Source: Mizuhopecten yessoensis (lineage: Eukaryota). From it: 64,000 nt of DNA. Of this stretch, positions 1 to 15,068 are shown in pieces; the first letter of the stretch is position 1, and each line of letters starts with the position of its first letter. Under the pieces are notes generated by a model that made no database searches, was not told the origin of the DNA, and saw nothing but the letters and a program-made list of their open reading frames with translations. The DNA lies in NCBI RefSeq assembly GCF_002113885.1, contig NW_018408902.1:892550-956549 (forward strand), given 5' to 3'. The translations under genes and the position numbers were made by a program.

Positions 1-170
1 TACATCTGCCCTTTTAAGGTAAGCTTGCTACATCTGCCCTTTTAAGGTAAGCTTGCTACATCTGCCCTTTTAAGGTAAACTTGCTACATCTGCCCTTTTA
101 AGGTAAGCTTGCTACATCTGCCCTATTAAGGTAAGCTTGCTACATCAGCCCTATAAAGGTAAGCTTGCTG
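1..170. repeat. 28-bp minisatellite, about 6 copies, truncated by the window edge
   Basis: Unit TACATCTGCCCTTTTAAGGTAAGCTTGC. Confidence 0.95.
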
Positions 171-208
171 CAATTAACAGAGAAGACCTCTAGGGGAGAT
201 AACTGTAC

Positions 209-334
209 CTGGAGCCAACATGCGGCGGCATGTATTGGTAGCCACGAGTCCCTGTCTCGCATATCCACAGATACATGGTGATCCAACAGGAATTCTGCCA
301 CTTGCATGAATCCATTTGCAGCGGCAATGTGGAG
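209..334 (-). CDS. PPP1R16A: PPP1R16-like coding exon 6 (ankyrin repeat); gene continues beyond the window start
   Basis: aattttag|CTC...CAG|gtacag; 126 nt; encodes LHIAAANGFMQVAEFLLDHHVSVDMRDRDSWLPIHAAACWLQ. Confidence 0.93.
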
Positions 335-888
335 CTAAAATTTTTATAATTTCACAATTTACTCTCATTCATGAATTATTGAATGGAAACTGATTTTTAA
401 TGCATGCATGTTCATGAATCATTGAAATGTCATTAATTTCAAAATCAAAGATGGGCAGTAATTAAAGAGGAGTTATTACATTAGAATGTTATCTTGGGCT
501 CACACCACACATATCAGATTAACCCATCTTTGCTAGCATTTTCTATCACCTTCCCACAACCTCTTTTTATTATATAGGTCAATGTGCTACATGAATATTG
601 CTATACATGAATCTAATGATTGAATGCCCATTTCAACACAATGAGGCTGTAGAAATTTAAAATGTAAGTGAAAGTGGAATATCATTGAGGTTAAAAAAAT
701 AGGGCATTAAAAGTATCATGGATATTCTTGCTTTGTTAGCATTTTCTGTATTTATATCATATAATTGCTTTATTACTATAAAAATACATTCCACATCATG
801 CTTCTTTTGAAATCCCAAATAAATTCATAATTCTTTAATATACACTGTACTTAAGTTCCAATGCCAAATAACAAGTAAATATTTCTAT

Positions 889-1975
889 AAACAAGAGATC
901 CCAGAGGGATCTTGGCACCACCATTGTACCATCTTCATTAGTTCTTTGTCAGTTTGATCTTTTCTTGTCTTTCCTCTAATCTGTTTGATCGAGTGATGTT
1001 AACAGTAAATGCACCTGGAGGTAACTTTTGATAAAAACTTAATACTGATGTGTATGAAAGCCAACCTTCCAAGTGAGTTTGTCCTTAATGTGAAAGAAAC
1101 AGAATCGATCATTGCAATATGAGAAAGATCTGTTTAGTTCTTCCTTTAGCCATTTTGTTTTTATGATCAGTTTCAAAATATAACATGCACAACGAGGGAT
1201 CAAGGGAACCTACATATCAAATTTGAGAAAGATCCCTCAAGTTATGCCTGAGAAATAAGTACTAACAAACCTTCAATGTCAAAAATCGAAGATGGCTGTC
1301 GGTAGGCCATTTTGTTTAACTGATCAGTTTCAAAAGTAAACATGAACAATAAAGGATAGTGGGAACCTGCATATGGAATTTGAGAAAGAACCCTCCAGTT
1401 CCTGGGAAATAGCACTAACAAACCTTCACTGTCAAAATCCAAGATGTCTGTCTGTCTGCCCTTTTGTTTATCTGATCAGTCTAAAAAGTTTATATACACA
1501 AGTACGGACCTAGGGGAACCTACATATAAGATGTGAGAAAGATCTCTCCACTGCTTACTGAGAAATTTCTCAGTAAGTAGTGGAGAGATAACAAACTTTC
1601 ACTATCAAAATCCAAGATGGCTGCCTGTCGGCCATGTTGTTTATCCGATCAGTCTCAAAAGCTGCCCTGCACAGAAAGGGACATAGGGTAACATACATAT
1701 AAAATTTTTAAAAAGAGCCCTACGGTACTTCCCGAAAAATAGTGATAACAAACTTTCACTATCAAAATCCAAAGATGGCCACCTGTCGGCCATGTTGTTT
1801 ATCCGATTAGTCTCAAAAGTTGTCCTGCACAGCTAAGGATCAAGGGGAACCTACCTATAAAATTAGAGAAAGATCCCTTTGGTACATCTTGAGAAATATT
1901 GATAACAAGAATTGTTTAAGGACAGACGAGGGACCACGGACACAGGGTGATTTGAATAGCCCATAATAAAAAAAA
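889..1975. mobile_element. Helentron/HINE-like non-autonomous element with internal 150-170 bp degenerate repeats
   Basis: Starts AACAAGAG followed by a short hairpin (AGATCCC aga GGGATCT). Internal units repeat CAAAATCCAAGATGGCTG and GAGAAAGATCC. A GACA/GACG-like tract lies near the other end. Confidence 0.65.
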
Positions 1976-2927
1976 AAGGAAAAAAGATCCTGCTAATCTT
2001 TTTGAATTGCTGCAGTTAAATTTGATTTATTGATGAACTTGCTGTAGTCTGATACAGAACAAATTATCTGTGAATACCAGTCTGCCACATTTACTGTAAT
2101 AAATGCCACCTGTAACAAATAAATTGAGGAGAAGCTGCCAGAAATAAATAAGAGGGTAAGGGGGGATCTCCTAAGTCTCTTGAAAATTGAGATAGGCATT
2201 GTGTATTGTATACCTAACTAAATTACTAAGGAGACAGTAAAACTATTCGAAGTCACAATATAAAATGGGTTTTTTTCTTTTGACATGTGAATTTGCTTGA
2301 AGTAGCATATACTGCTAGTACTCATTCATTTTATGTTAAGATCCTGAACTTCAGTTCTGATGTAAACAGAATTAGTTAGCCTAGTTTTGTCTTCACTGAC
2401 AATTATTCATGTACAAAAACAGGATGTCTTTGTATGCTGGGTCACACAAGCTGTTCACACTGGGCTACCTCAATCAAACTTCTACATAACACTGATATGG
2501 AATTAAACTGATTTTTGAAAAAGAACAACAGCTGGTCTTAATCGACATCTTGAAATCAGAAGGATGAAATATTGTTTAGGAATGCCATAACTTGCCAGTG
2601 ACTTTGTCCTGAACACTCATGCGATATGTTTTAAACGGCCAGATCAACAAAAACCTGATCAAATCTTTCAATACCTGCTGACATTTTACTTATTAATCAA
2701 GAAATAATGTGTTTGTTTCACTTTTGAAGAGAAAAGCCTGAATACACAGTGCACAAAACATTGAGTTTTGAAAAACAAACAAATTCTAACTATCTGGAAA
2801 AAAAATTGGTCATAAATTTCTCCTAAAATTCTACTCTTCTTGAGAAAAACTATAATGTCTCTATTTATATCTGACACATCTTGAACAGCTGTACCTTCAT
2901 TTCACATATCTGATCATGTATACTTAC

Positions 2928-3052
2928 TGGAGTTGTGCCGTTTTCTGTATAATACTCCAAGTTGCCATTTTGGGAGACAATATATTCCATATCTTTTAAC
3001 ATTTCCTTCTCCGCTACCAACCTTGTGTCATCTATTTCTTCCTGAGTGACGC
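2928..3052 (-). CDS. PPP1R16A: PPP1R16-like coding exon 5
   Basis: attaccag|GC GTC...CCA|gtaagt; 125 nt; encodes (G)VTQEEIDDTRLVAEKEMLKDMEYIVSQNGNLEYYTENGTTP; phase consistent with both neighbours. Confidence 0.92.
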
Positions 3053-3255
3053 CTGGTAATCAAAGATATAAAAACATTCTTATGTCAATTTTTCGGTTTT
3101 AACCTGGATTAAGTGATAACAGTGTCATCCACTTACTTTAATAAAATTTAATACATTTAAGAACTAATTGTCTCAAGTCTTAACACCAGGGACAGTAAAA
3201 AAGAACACAACAAAAGTCTGACCATTAGTGAGAGAAAATGAGATATCACATACCG

Positions 3256-3905
3256 TAATGTAGGAGGGACAAGGGGGTATCACAAATTTCAATGAAAGAG
3301 GGGCAGGAGGCAACACAAACTTTAATGTAGGAGGGGCAGGGGGCAACACAAACCTCAATGTAGGAGGGGCAGGGGGGCAACACAAACTTCAATGAAGGAG
3401 GGGCAGGGAGGCATCACAAATTTCAATGAAGGAGGGGCAGGGGGGCATCACAAATTTCAATGAAGGAGGGGCAGGGGGGGCAACACAAACTTCAATGTAG
3501 GAAGGCAGGGGGTAACATAAACCTCAATGTAGGAGGGGCAGGGGGCAACACAAACCTCAATGTAGGAGCGGAAGGGGGGCAACACAAACTTCAATGTAGG
3601 AGCAGAACGGGGCAACACAAACTTCAATGTAGGAGGGGCACGGGCCAACACAAACCTCAATGTAGGAGCGGAAGGGGGCAACACAAAATTCAATGTAGGA
3701 GGGGCAGGGGGGCAACACAAACCTTAATGTAGAAGAAGAACGGGGCAACACAAACTTCAATGTAGGAGCAGAACGGGGCAACACAAACCTCAATGTAGGA
3801 GGGGCAGGGGGGCAACACAAACCTCAATGTAGGAGGGGCAGGGGGGGGGGCAACACAAACCTCAATGTAGGAATGGAAGGGGGCAACACAAACCTCAATT
3901 TTAGA
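3256..3905. repeat. About 31-33 bp G-rich minisatellite, about 20 copies
   Basis: Unit approximately CAACACAAACCTCAATGTAGGAGGGGCAGGGGG. Confidence 0.95.
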
Positions 3906-4984
3906 AAAAGGGCAATATCAACTCCAATGTTTGAGGAGACAGGACAATATAAGCACTGATACAGTGGCACTGGTGGCAACACAAGTTTCTATAGATTTAC
4001 AAGGAGCACGTTATTCTGATTTAGATCGACAAAAAATGTGATGAAAATATTTGTATTCAAGATAAAGTAATCAAATATACAGTTAATTGTCATTAAATTC
4101 CTTCGTTAATTAGACATGCACTTTCTGTGAGTAATATCTAGTAACACTTCAGATTAACAGTGATATAATCAATAAACCCTGCATTAAAGAAGTCATATAA
4201 AAGGTATAAACATGAGAAGCTCTGGCAATGTGGACGCCTGGTATGTTTACTGTCATGGTAATCCCAGACTAGACTACAAAACAGGACATATTTATGGAGA
4301 AGAAATAACACCAACAGTACAGTGTATTGTTAAAACATACTGTATGCAATGTATCCTTCCTGTTAAAATTTCTTCTATGACAAAAAATGAATGGAGAAAA
4401 ATGTGCTACACCTCAAGGTTAAACTATATGACAGTCACATGCATGTAGCGCTCAAAAACAATAAAATTGTTGATGTTTCTATAAAAAATATTTTTAAGTG
4501 TGGAAAACAGTCACTTAACATATGCATCAAAGACACAACCCCTCACACTAAACATCATAACTAGGACATATTAGCAATTTGCATTATTTCTTAATGACTG
4601 TCAGCAATGTAGGGTATCCAAACGCCCCACATAATTCTGCCTCGGTTATAGTAGCCACAGGAAGCTAGTGTTTCCACATTCTGTATTAATCGTAGCTCCG
4701 TTTAACCACTTCAGCTCGAGAGCCACTCGAAACCTTATGTCTACAGTCCACTCCATATTTAATTGAAATGTTATGCTTCCCAGCCAAATTGGTCATCAGT
4801 AATTCATTACTAGCAGGAAGGTTTTTATTATATAACTATATTATCTCTGGAATATTTAGATAATTATGCTCCTCAGCAATATTCTGTTAAACAAGCATGT
4901 TGTAATAATAGTGTCTTTGTGACAAATTAATTTCAGGTATCTGGGTTTGTTCCTTATTGGTCTGTTTCAATTCTCCAGTTGAAG

Positions 4985-5150
4985 AAATATTGGCTAACTG
5001 GATCTGTTTCCCAAGCTTAATTGATATTGGCTATCTAGATCTGTTTCCCAAGCTAAATTGATATTGGATATCTGGATCTGTTTCCCAAGCTAAACTGACG
5101 TTGTCTATCTGGATTCTTTTCAAAGTTAATTAGATGTTGGTTACCTAGCT
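4985..5150. repeat. Degenerate tandem repeat, about 37 bp, about 4 copies
   Basis: ATATTGGCTATCTGGATCTGTTTCCCAAGCT recurs. Confidence 0.8.
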
Positions 5151-6140
5151 CTGCTTGTCACTGAGAGTGATAAAACAATGACAGCATCCTATTCCTTAGA
5201 ATGACTGAGGCAACTGAATAATTATGGTGAGGTTTCAATTATAACGTTTATAACAACGTCATATTTTTTCCCCGTAACACCTTATTAATGATTTCATCCA
5301 AGGGAGAGCACTGCCATCATGTTGTCAAGCAGCTAGCTGTTTGATACTTTGATAGGTTTTTGTGTCTGAAACTGTACATACCATGACGACATCATATTTC
5401 TTCCTTATATGACGTTATTGACAGTAAATGGCAATACATAACCATTAATATGTCAGAAACTAGATGACGGCACCAAAGTGGTAACGACAATTCCCTGACG
5501 AACACTGTAACATTGTGATGACAACAACCAGGGTAACAAGCAGAGCAGGTGCAAACTCGGTGAAATGTCCGGCCTTATAATAGGATAACAGACATTCCGA
5601 CAGAAATAGGAAGTCTTCCTCCACAAAATAATTGTAATGGATGCCAAAGTCTCTCTTGAGGGTTGAACATCATGATGCTCAATGTCTAGACAAACTTGTC
5701 CTAGGCTGTAATGACACAGATCTGGTCTGGCATAGCATTCTCATCTAATAAGGCATCTCATCTACGACAATGTTATCCTCTCCTATAGGTACTTGATGTA
5801 GGCTATATTTGGCCAGGGAAGGCACTGTCTCACGAAAACTGGTAAATACCATTGCTGTAGATAAATCCCAATCAATGTGTGTTCCGTCGCCATTCCATCA
5901 CAATCAGCAGACAGTCTTAATGGAGAGTCTGATCATCACCTGTCCAGACCTTCATCATCTTACTACCACAATACCACACAAAATCTTGATGACCTTGACC
6001 TCAATGTTGTGGGGTAACCTTAACTTCAGATTCATGTTTAAGATGGTTTGCTGTCCATTTCTTTCAATATATGCTTCAGTATAATATAACACTGAAGAAA
6101 ACTAATGACTCTACAAGTGGCAATAAGTTTCTATAGTTCA

Positions 6141-6732
<592 letters not shown>

Positions 6733-7821
6733 AACTTCTTAACCACCATTTTCAAAACAATTAGATATTTCAAAAGCTTTAAATTTGTGTGAACCTTGTT
6801 TAAGGAAGATCAGTTAGCAGTCTCTTTGGTTTGTTATTTATCAATATTTTGTATTTCCTGTAAGGATAGGCTGCCATGGAATATAACAAATATCTAGATA
6901 CATTTGTTTACCATTTAGTATAAATGCGACTGGAGAACCCATCTGATATATAACTCTTTAGACATGATCAGTATTTGTTGGAGACAGATAATGAAACTTA
7001 TAGCATGTTGATAAATCTGAGCTGGCATACTCTGCCATAAATAGCCCTATTTCTACACAAGCATGGATATAATCTAATCGACCTCAGGCAATGAAGACAA
7101 ATCGAAGTTAAAATACAAATAAATTTATGGCAACATAAATCCATTTCTTGGATTCTATAAACGAAGCAATATTCCATTAACAAATGAATATACTTGTGGT
7201 TCCCCATAATCCGGCTCTTTGTGTGTTATGAGGATAGATTGATGTTATCGTACCCTACAATCTCCATCGTCCTGTGTTGGAGATAAAACTCCAGCACTGC
7301 CTATCAACGTCATCAATATACCAAACAAAAATCAATCTCAAAGCAGTCTCATATGGTTTGCAATGTTTTCCTCTTTGTATTTAAGAAAACCTTTTTTTTT
7401 TAGTTCTTGTTTTAAATACAAAAGACGAAATGTTTATAAGAGAGCCGTTGGAATGTTATACATAGTGTTCACTTTGTCACTGTTCCACTAAGTAAATACA
7501 TAGGAATCATCTCTTGCCATGGGAAAACAAGCTATGACTATGGTTACAAGCTATACTGATAAAAATGAGGTAAAAGTTGTGTGTTTTTTTGTTTATCTGT
7601 TACCATGGAAACTTATTTAAGATAACAATTGCAATTGTACAGTCTTGCCAATGTGAAGACGATTCTTTATGGGAATAATTTAGATGCAGATTTTTTGTCC
7701 AGACATTACGCACAGAAGAGGAGTAATTTATGGGGTATGTCGACAGGATGAAATTGGGTATGACTGTTATATGTTGTAGTGTGGTAAGAGAGAGTACGTT
7801 AAGGATAGAGCTGATCTCCAG

Positions 7822-8578
7822 CTCCTACCCTCACAGTAACATATACTCCCCCTTATCTTACTCTCCTACCCTCACAGTAACATATACTCCCCCTTATCTT
7901 CCTCTCCTACCCTCACAGTAACATATACTCCCCCTTATCTTACTCTCCTACCCTCACAGTAACATATACTCCCCCTTATCTTCCTCTCCTACCCTCACAG
8001 TAACATATACTCCCCCTTATCTTACTCTCCTACCCTCACAGTAACATATACTCCCCCTTATCTTACTCTCCTACCCTCACAGTAACATATACTCCCCCTT
8101 ATCTTACTCTCCTACCCTCACAGTAACATATACTCCCCCTTATCTTACTCTCCTACCCTCACAGTAACATATACTCCCCCTTATCTTACTCTCCTACCCT
8201 CACAGTAACGTATACTCCCCCTTATCTTACTCTCCTACCCTCACAGTAACATATACTCCCCCTTATCTTACTCTCCTACCCTCACAGTAACGTATACTCC
8301 CCCTTATCTTACTCTCCTACCCTCACAGTAACATATACTCCCCCTTATCTTACTCTCCTACCCTCACAGTAACGTATACTCCCCCTTATCTTACTCTCCT
8401 ACCCTCACAGTAACATATACTCCCCCTTATCTTACTCTCCTACCCTCACAGTAACATATACTCCCCCTTATCTTACTCTCCTACCCTCACAGTAACATAT
8501 ACTCCCCCTTATCTTACTCTCCTACCCTCACAGTAACATATACTCCCCCTTATCTTACTCTCCTACCCTCACAGTAAC
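7822..8578. repeat. 39-bp highly homogeneous minisatellite running into an assembly gap
   Basis: Unit CTCCTACCCTCACAGTAACATATACTCCCCCTTATCTTA, about 19 copies. Confidence 0.97.
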
Positions 8579-8793
8579 NNNNNNNNNNNNNNNNNNNNNN
8601 NNNNNNNNNNNNNNNNNNNNNNNNNNNNNNNNNNNNNNNNNNNNNNNNNNNNNNNNNNNNNNNNNNNNNNNNNNNNNNNNNNNNNNNNNNNNNNNNNNNN
8701 NNNNNNNNNNNNNNNNNNNNNNNNNNNNNNNNNNNNNNNNNNNNNNNNNNNNNNNNNNNNNNNNNNNNNNNNNNNNNNNNNNNNNNNNNNNNN
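8579..8793. other. Assembly gap (215 N)
   Basis: Run of N; a single N also occurs at 14484. Confidence 0.99.
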
Positions 8794-11700
8794 CCCCCTC
8801 CTATCTTAACCTCCCATCCTTTATATCTATCTTACCCCCTATGTAACCTAACAGAACTCTCTTACAACCCTTTCTCTAATTTATTGTAACGTTCACTTAG
8901 AAGTACTCCTACAGTGTCTTTAATCCAATAAAGGAGACCATCCTCTGAGTTTGTACAATCAGTCACACTGACAGACCACCTCTGTTGCTGAATCTGTCTC
9001 ATTTTGAATAAACAGAGCAAATCAAATCCAGAAAAAAATAATCCAGCCTCAAAATTGAAAACTCTGTTAAAGCTTGTTGGGAATTTGAAACAACTTTAAA
9101 TGATTCAGAATTCTACCTTAACCTGCTCATATCAAAATTATCATCTTAACAATTATTTCACTTTAACAATTCAATTCAAATATTGCTATTTCACATTTAG
9201 AAATACAAATCTTTAAGCATATCTGTATCCTCCCCATTCACACACAAAATGTGCTAACTCAACTAAAATCGGATTATCATCCTTGCAAAATATTCATCAG
9301 CAGATGTGCTATGCACCAACATCCGTCACGGGTTTCTCCAGGAGGAGTAAGACTGTAATATTATATCCAGTGTTTAACAATTGCCATCAGTACGTTAGCT
9401 GTTACCGGGATATACACATTAGATTGAATCGCCCTTCGTTACTACCAGTAGGAAGCCAGTACTCCATTGTTCCTTATATAGGTGCTCCCTAATGTGAATC
9501 AATTACACTTTCAATGGATTCTCATTTTAGTAGAGACTGTGTTTGCCAGTTTCTTCACAAGCATGACTATCTTAACAATTGTAACAACATTTTTTCAAAA
9601 AATTAAAAGAATCATGAAAATCCTCACCAAAACAATATGTGAGGTGATTTAAGTAGATCGCTTGGAAATACTCATCATGGAAATGACAAGTTTCATAATT
9701 CAACTAAGAAAAGCAATGATTGAAAAGTTTAAAAACATAATTATCAAACTATGAGATTTAAATAGTCTTTGAAAAATAAGGTCTCAGTGTTTTTTAAGGG
9801 TGTTAATACATTCATCACCAAGGCTTTGTGAGTTTAAACAGGACTTGATACAGATTGTGTTGATGAAAAGGACCTTATTGTTACATTTTTTAAGTGCTTC
9901 ATACTTTCATCACTAACGCTTTCTAAGTTTAAACAGAACTTTATACAGATTTTGTTGATGAAAAGCACCTTAATCTAACATAGGTTAAAAAAAAAGAAAC
10001 GATAAAAGGTTTTAGAATTTGATTTTAGAGGCTATTATCTGTGCGTGTTACCAACGAGACACAATGTGGTTGGAAGGTTTGAGGAATCACCCTGGTTTAT
10101 GAGGTCGACGCAGTGTATACTTCTCAGCTGCCAGTATTGCAATGAAGCTATTCAATTCAGAAATCAATAGCTGAGCTATGCACTTGATTAACTTTGTCAC
10201 ACAATGATCACAAAATATGGCGGCATTCTACTTCTGTGGCGGACATCAACCAAGACTAATTATGTATGGGATCAATTGGGCAATGGGGGCAACAGGATGA
10301 CAGTACATCGTCCCACATCGTCCCTCACGGCCCTCAAACAAATACACCCAAACTTGTCTTGATTAATTCAGAATTCATTCTATGCATCTATTACGATGGA
10401 TTTTATATTTTTATTGAGATTATTGTATTGTAACAATTTTATGAAGAATTTATATGTATATCAAAATATTGTGTTATTGTGTTAATCAAGTTTAGCCTAC
10501 ATGCTATTGATACAGTATATGGAATTATCAAACAAAATCCAACGCCAATGGTCGTAGGATTCATACAGTTTATAATCCAGGTCTTGGCGTAATTGAAAGA
10601 TTAAAAAGTCACTCATTAGGAATACGATTGTAAAGGATTGAGGAAAGTACACAATGAAGCCGACTAGTAATTGTAATGTCAACCTAACACTAAGGTCATG
10701 ATGTCCAGAACTTTCAGACTTTGTACTTTGATATATGTATTTATATGTAAACAGTCACGTTCAACTTGTTCTTACATAACACGGTTAAACAAGAACATAG
10801 TGACATGGTCAGTTAATTATGATCCCGGGCTTATCACCAAAGCAAGGGTACCAAACCGACCCTTGGTGATCAAGATCACATGATGCGAAATTCTGCATTT
10901 ATTGGTCAAGCAGTAAGACAATTGACCATCACTATGGTTGTATTGTATAGTACACCTCTTAATTGTAAATGTAAAAGCGATAATATTGAAAAAGAAGTGT
11001 TTTATGTTGTATAAGGAATAATTATGAGTAAAAATTAATTACTATATATTAATAAGAAAATGGTTAACAGAAAATTATGAAGTGCAAGATAGAATTGATA
11101 ACTTTTATTGTATAGTAAGTATTTAGCTTGTTTGTTAGTAAAATATTTAATTATGTAAATAAACTTTGGGAATGAAAATATAAAGATCGCCTTGCTTTTA
11201 TTCTAAGGGGGTCAGACTGGATAAGTGAAACGCTACCTCTCACTTACGCCACTTGCGAGTTTATCATCTCACAGCAAAAACAGAAAGGAAACAAAATATT
11301 CTCATAATTCTAGTCTGATAATTATCCCCTACACACTCAACCCATCGCTACCCCCCAAAAATATAGATACATACAGATGTATATAATTTTAAAAACTTGT
11401 GCAATATAATAACTTGGCATATTATATAATTATAGAGAGATATTTCAATTTCAAATTCTTAACCTGAGGGATTCTTTTAATCAAAAAATTCACAGTTAAT
11501 ATTGCAGTTAAGAATTCTTTTAACATATTATCAGAAACTTAGCGATAACATTTTTTTAAATTTTTATGCTGGGCTAATTCTGAAAATATTCCTGCAGACT
11601 CTTACCCACATATTTCCCAAAATAGCAATTAAAATTTCAGCCCTCCCTCAAATCACATGTAATCATTAAAAAGTACGACTTTTTGTATTTCTGAGTAGTC

Positions 11701-12339
11701 AAAGTTTTGAATGAAATCACTTCATATGAGTCAGAAAAGACCCTCAATATACGATAGTTCATGGAAAGGTTATGCAAGAGCATTCCACAAAATTGTGATT
11801 TAAAATGAGTCCTAAACATATACATCCAACTACTATATCATATCAACAAGACTCCCCCTGTCCTTTACGCGATTATATATTTGATCATGGATTTGCTGAC
11901 TCTGAACATTTGGTATTTGACCTACATTTCAAAACGTCAATATTCAAATAAGGCTGGTTTTCTATACCAAGGGTCAGCATGGTAATATAGCTATGGTCAA
12001 TCAGGTTAAGGTCTAATATATGGATGGTGAGGTTAGTACGACTTTTATTTACGCTTTACGTCTTTGTACTAAAATGCCCTGATTGCAGTGTTCGAGATAG
12101 GATAGGAAACAATTGCAGAGACAGAATGATGAGGGGTTTACGGTAAATGTTGTTGGTCGTGCTAGTAATCAATCCTCTTAAAAAATATACATCTCAAACT
12201 TATAACCAAATTTTACTGTGACCCCATTCAGGATTGTTATTTATTACAGATGAGTTTGTGTATGGTAGTTGAGCCTATTAAAATAAACAAAGATTGGTCA
12301 TGCAACCATATACCTCTCTACAAAGTGACCGACTTTGGT

Positions 12340-13095
12340 AAGAGACCACTCTTAATGTTCCCTATGGTAGTGATTTCATTGCAAACTGAACCTGTATTAA
12401 AAGACCACCTGTATTATGAGACCAACTGTATTAAGAGACCACCTGTATTAAGAAACCACCTGCATGTATAAAGAGACCACCTGTATTAAGAGACCACCTG
12501 CATGTGTTAAGAGACCACTTTAAATGATCCCCATTGTATTGATTTCACTGTGATCTGAACCTGTATTAAGAGACCAACTGTATTAAGAGACCACCTGTAT
12601 TAAGAGACCACCTGTATTAAGAGACCAACTGTTTTAAGAGACCACCTGTATTAAGAGACCATCTGTATTAAGAGACCACCTGCATGTGTTAAGAGACCAC
12701 TTTAAATGACCCCTATGGTAGTGATTTCACTGTGAACTGAACCTGTATTAAGAGACCACCTGTATTAATAGATCACCTGTGTTAAGAGACCACCTGTGTT
12801 AAGAGACCACTTGTGTTCAGAGACCACCTGTATTAAGAGACCATCTGTATTAAGAGACCACCTGCATGTGTTAAGAGACCACTTTAAATGATCCCTATGG
12901 TAGTGATTTCACTGTGAACTGAACCTGTATTAAGAGATCACCTGTGTTAAGAGACCACCTGTGTTAAGAGACCACTTGTGTTAAGAGACCACCTGATTTA
13001 GAGACCACCTGTGTTAAGAGACCACCTGTATGAAGAGACCACCTGTATTAAGAGACCACCTGTGTGAAGAGACCACCTGTGTTAAGATACCACTT
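12340..13095. repeat. Compound tandem array: 18-bp units interleaved with a roughly 56-bp unit
   Basis: (AAGAGACCACCTGTATT)n punctuated about four times by TTAAATGATCCCTATGGTAGTGATTTCACTGTGAACTGAACCTG. Confidence 0.92.
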
Positions 13096-14599
13096 TTTTT
13101 ACACTACCTGATCATGAAGATGGTTTGTTAATACATTTGACTATAATAATTTAATTAAGTCAAATTTGGTTGTTTTAGCAGAATTTTTTCAAAGAAGCTG
13201 CCAGACTGACATAAGTTTCTTCGACTCAGGATTAAAGAAATGTTCAAAGTTCATGTGTTTGATATTTGACAGAAATCAGGAGAGCCAACGTTATGACAAG
13301 TTACACTCCTACTTTGGTAGGTGTAACGTAATGTCAGCTAAGGATATAATAGTACACTTCCACTTTGATAGGTAACATAGACCCAGGACAGGAATAACTT
13401 AACAGCCCTATAAGGTACTTGTACAGTCTAATCTATCTTTTTTTTCATTAAAAGAAGCTCTAAACTTCTGTGTCCTGTAACACACAGCAAACGCTAATGT
13501 CCGTTAAATCCATCAAGAGTAAATACGATCGGTCAGGGACTCGGACTAGGTGAATGCCTCCCTAATAATACTTAGGTGTAGAATTATTGATGGACCAATG
13601 ACAGTGAGCAACATGGTCAAGAAGGGTGAACAATTGATGATGATCTGAGGGCCTCGTTCCATCTGGTATGGAAGCCTGCCTCTGTACCAGGGACCGGAGT
13701 TTGTCAATAAGTCTGTTATATACATGTCTGTGATTATATAGAACTGTGACGATCTTTACAACCAGTTTTAAACATTCCTTAACTACACTATGCATGTCAA
13801 CATGCAATATATATAAACCAGGAAACTGAGCCAACTAATAGTGTTATCTGACATCTGATTCACTACTGACTAGTTCGGATATCCAGCAGACGATCTTACT
13901 GAAACAGACTCCTACTTTTAATTGATCCCCACCATGTCACAAGTCTAAATGACATCTTACATATTATGCGACTCCCATGGCCACCATGCCAGATGTCTTA
14001 CCAACTCCAAGTCTAACATATTAAGTGAGCCTTGAGTAATCAGTGTCTAGAGCAGTCTCCCTTGTTATCATATACATCAACATTATATAGAGTTGTCTCC
14101 CATTGATATCTTCAACATGTTGTTGTAACAACTTTAAAAACTTGTTAAACTCCATTTTTCAACTACAAAAAAGGTTTTTTTACATTAAAACATTTTGTTA
14201 AAGCAAAAATTCCTAAATTAAAAATGTATATCTCAGATCTGATCAGGCCAATCAATTATTAATATTTCTTACACTTTAAAGCAGAGATTAACGTCTAGAG
14301 ATCAAAGCTGGACATTTGGGCCCGTATTCATGAAATCATTCTCATACTCAAACTCAAATTCTATGATCACGATGAATTTCTTGTTCCATTGATTAATTAA
14401 TCAAAACTCCTATTTCGTCAACATTTTTTGAAGAATTTGAAAGAGTCTTCAAGCCACATTCTGTTTTAAATGGTCACACTTGANCACCCACCCCCACCCC
14501 CCTACCCCCTTATATAATTATATAAGCCAATTCTTGCTCCCTGGGCCCAGGTAGATTGTGAAAATGTGCAAGTTGGTGGGCTTATTAATGAGTGTGGGC

Positions 14600-14840
14600 T
14601 TTTTACCAGTGAATATGGTACCTGAACCAGTAAATATGAGGTAAGTACCAGTCAATATAGTATATGTACCAGTGAATATTGTATATATACCGCACCAGAA
14701 AATATGATTAATGTGCCAGTAAATATGGTATATGAACCTGTATGGTAAGTATAGTATATATACCAGACCGGTAAATATGGTGTAAGCCGTAAGGGCCAGT
14801 AAATATGGTGTTAGTGCCAGTAAGTATGGTATATATCAGT
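14600..14840. repeat. Degenerate tandem repeat, about 22 bp
   Basis: ACCAGTAAATATGGTA variants recur. Confidence 0.7.
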
Positions 14841-14873
14841 AAGTAAGGCATACAGATAAGAGATCAGTACTTA

Positions 14874-15068
<195 letters not shown>

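Noticed and set aside
3173-3820. Pro-rich and Gly-rich ORFs
   Set aside because: Products of the 31-33 bp minisatellite.
12340-13095. CRISPR-like appearance of the repeat/spacer pattern (also 42530-43256 and 31893-32596)
   Set aside because: The intervening sequences are themselves repeated, there are no cas genes, and the context is a eukaryotic intron.
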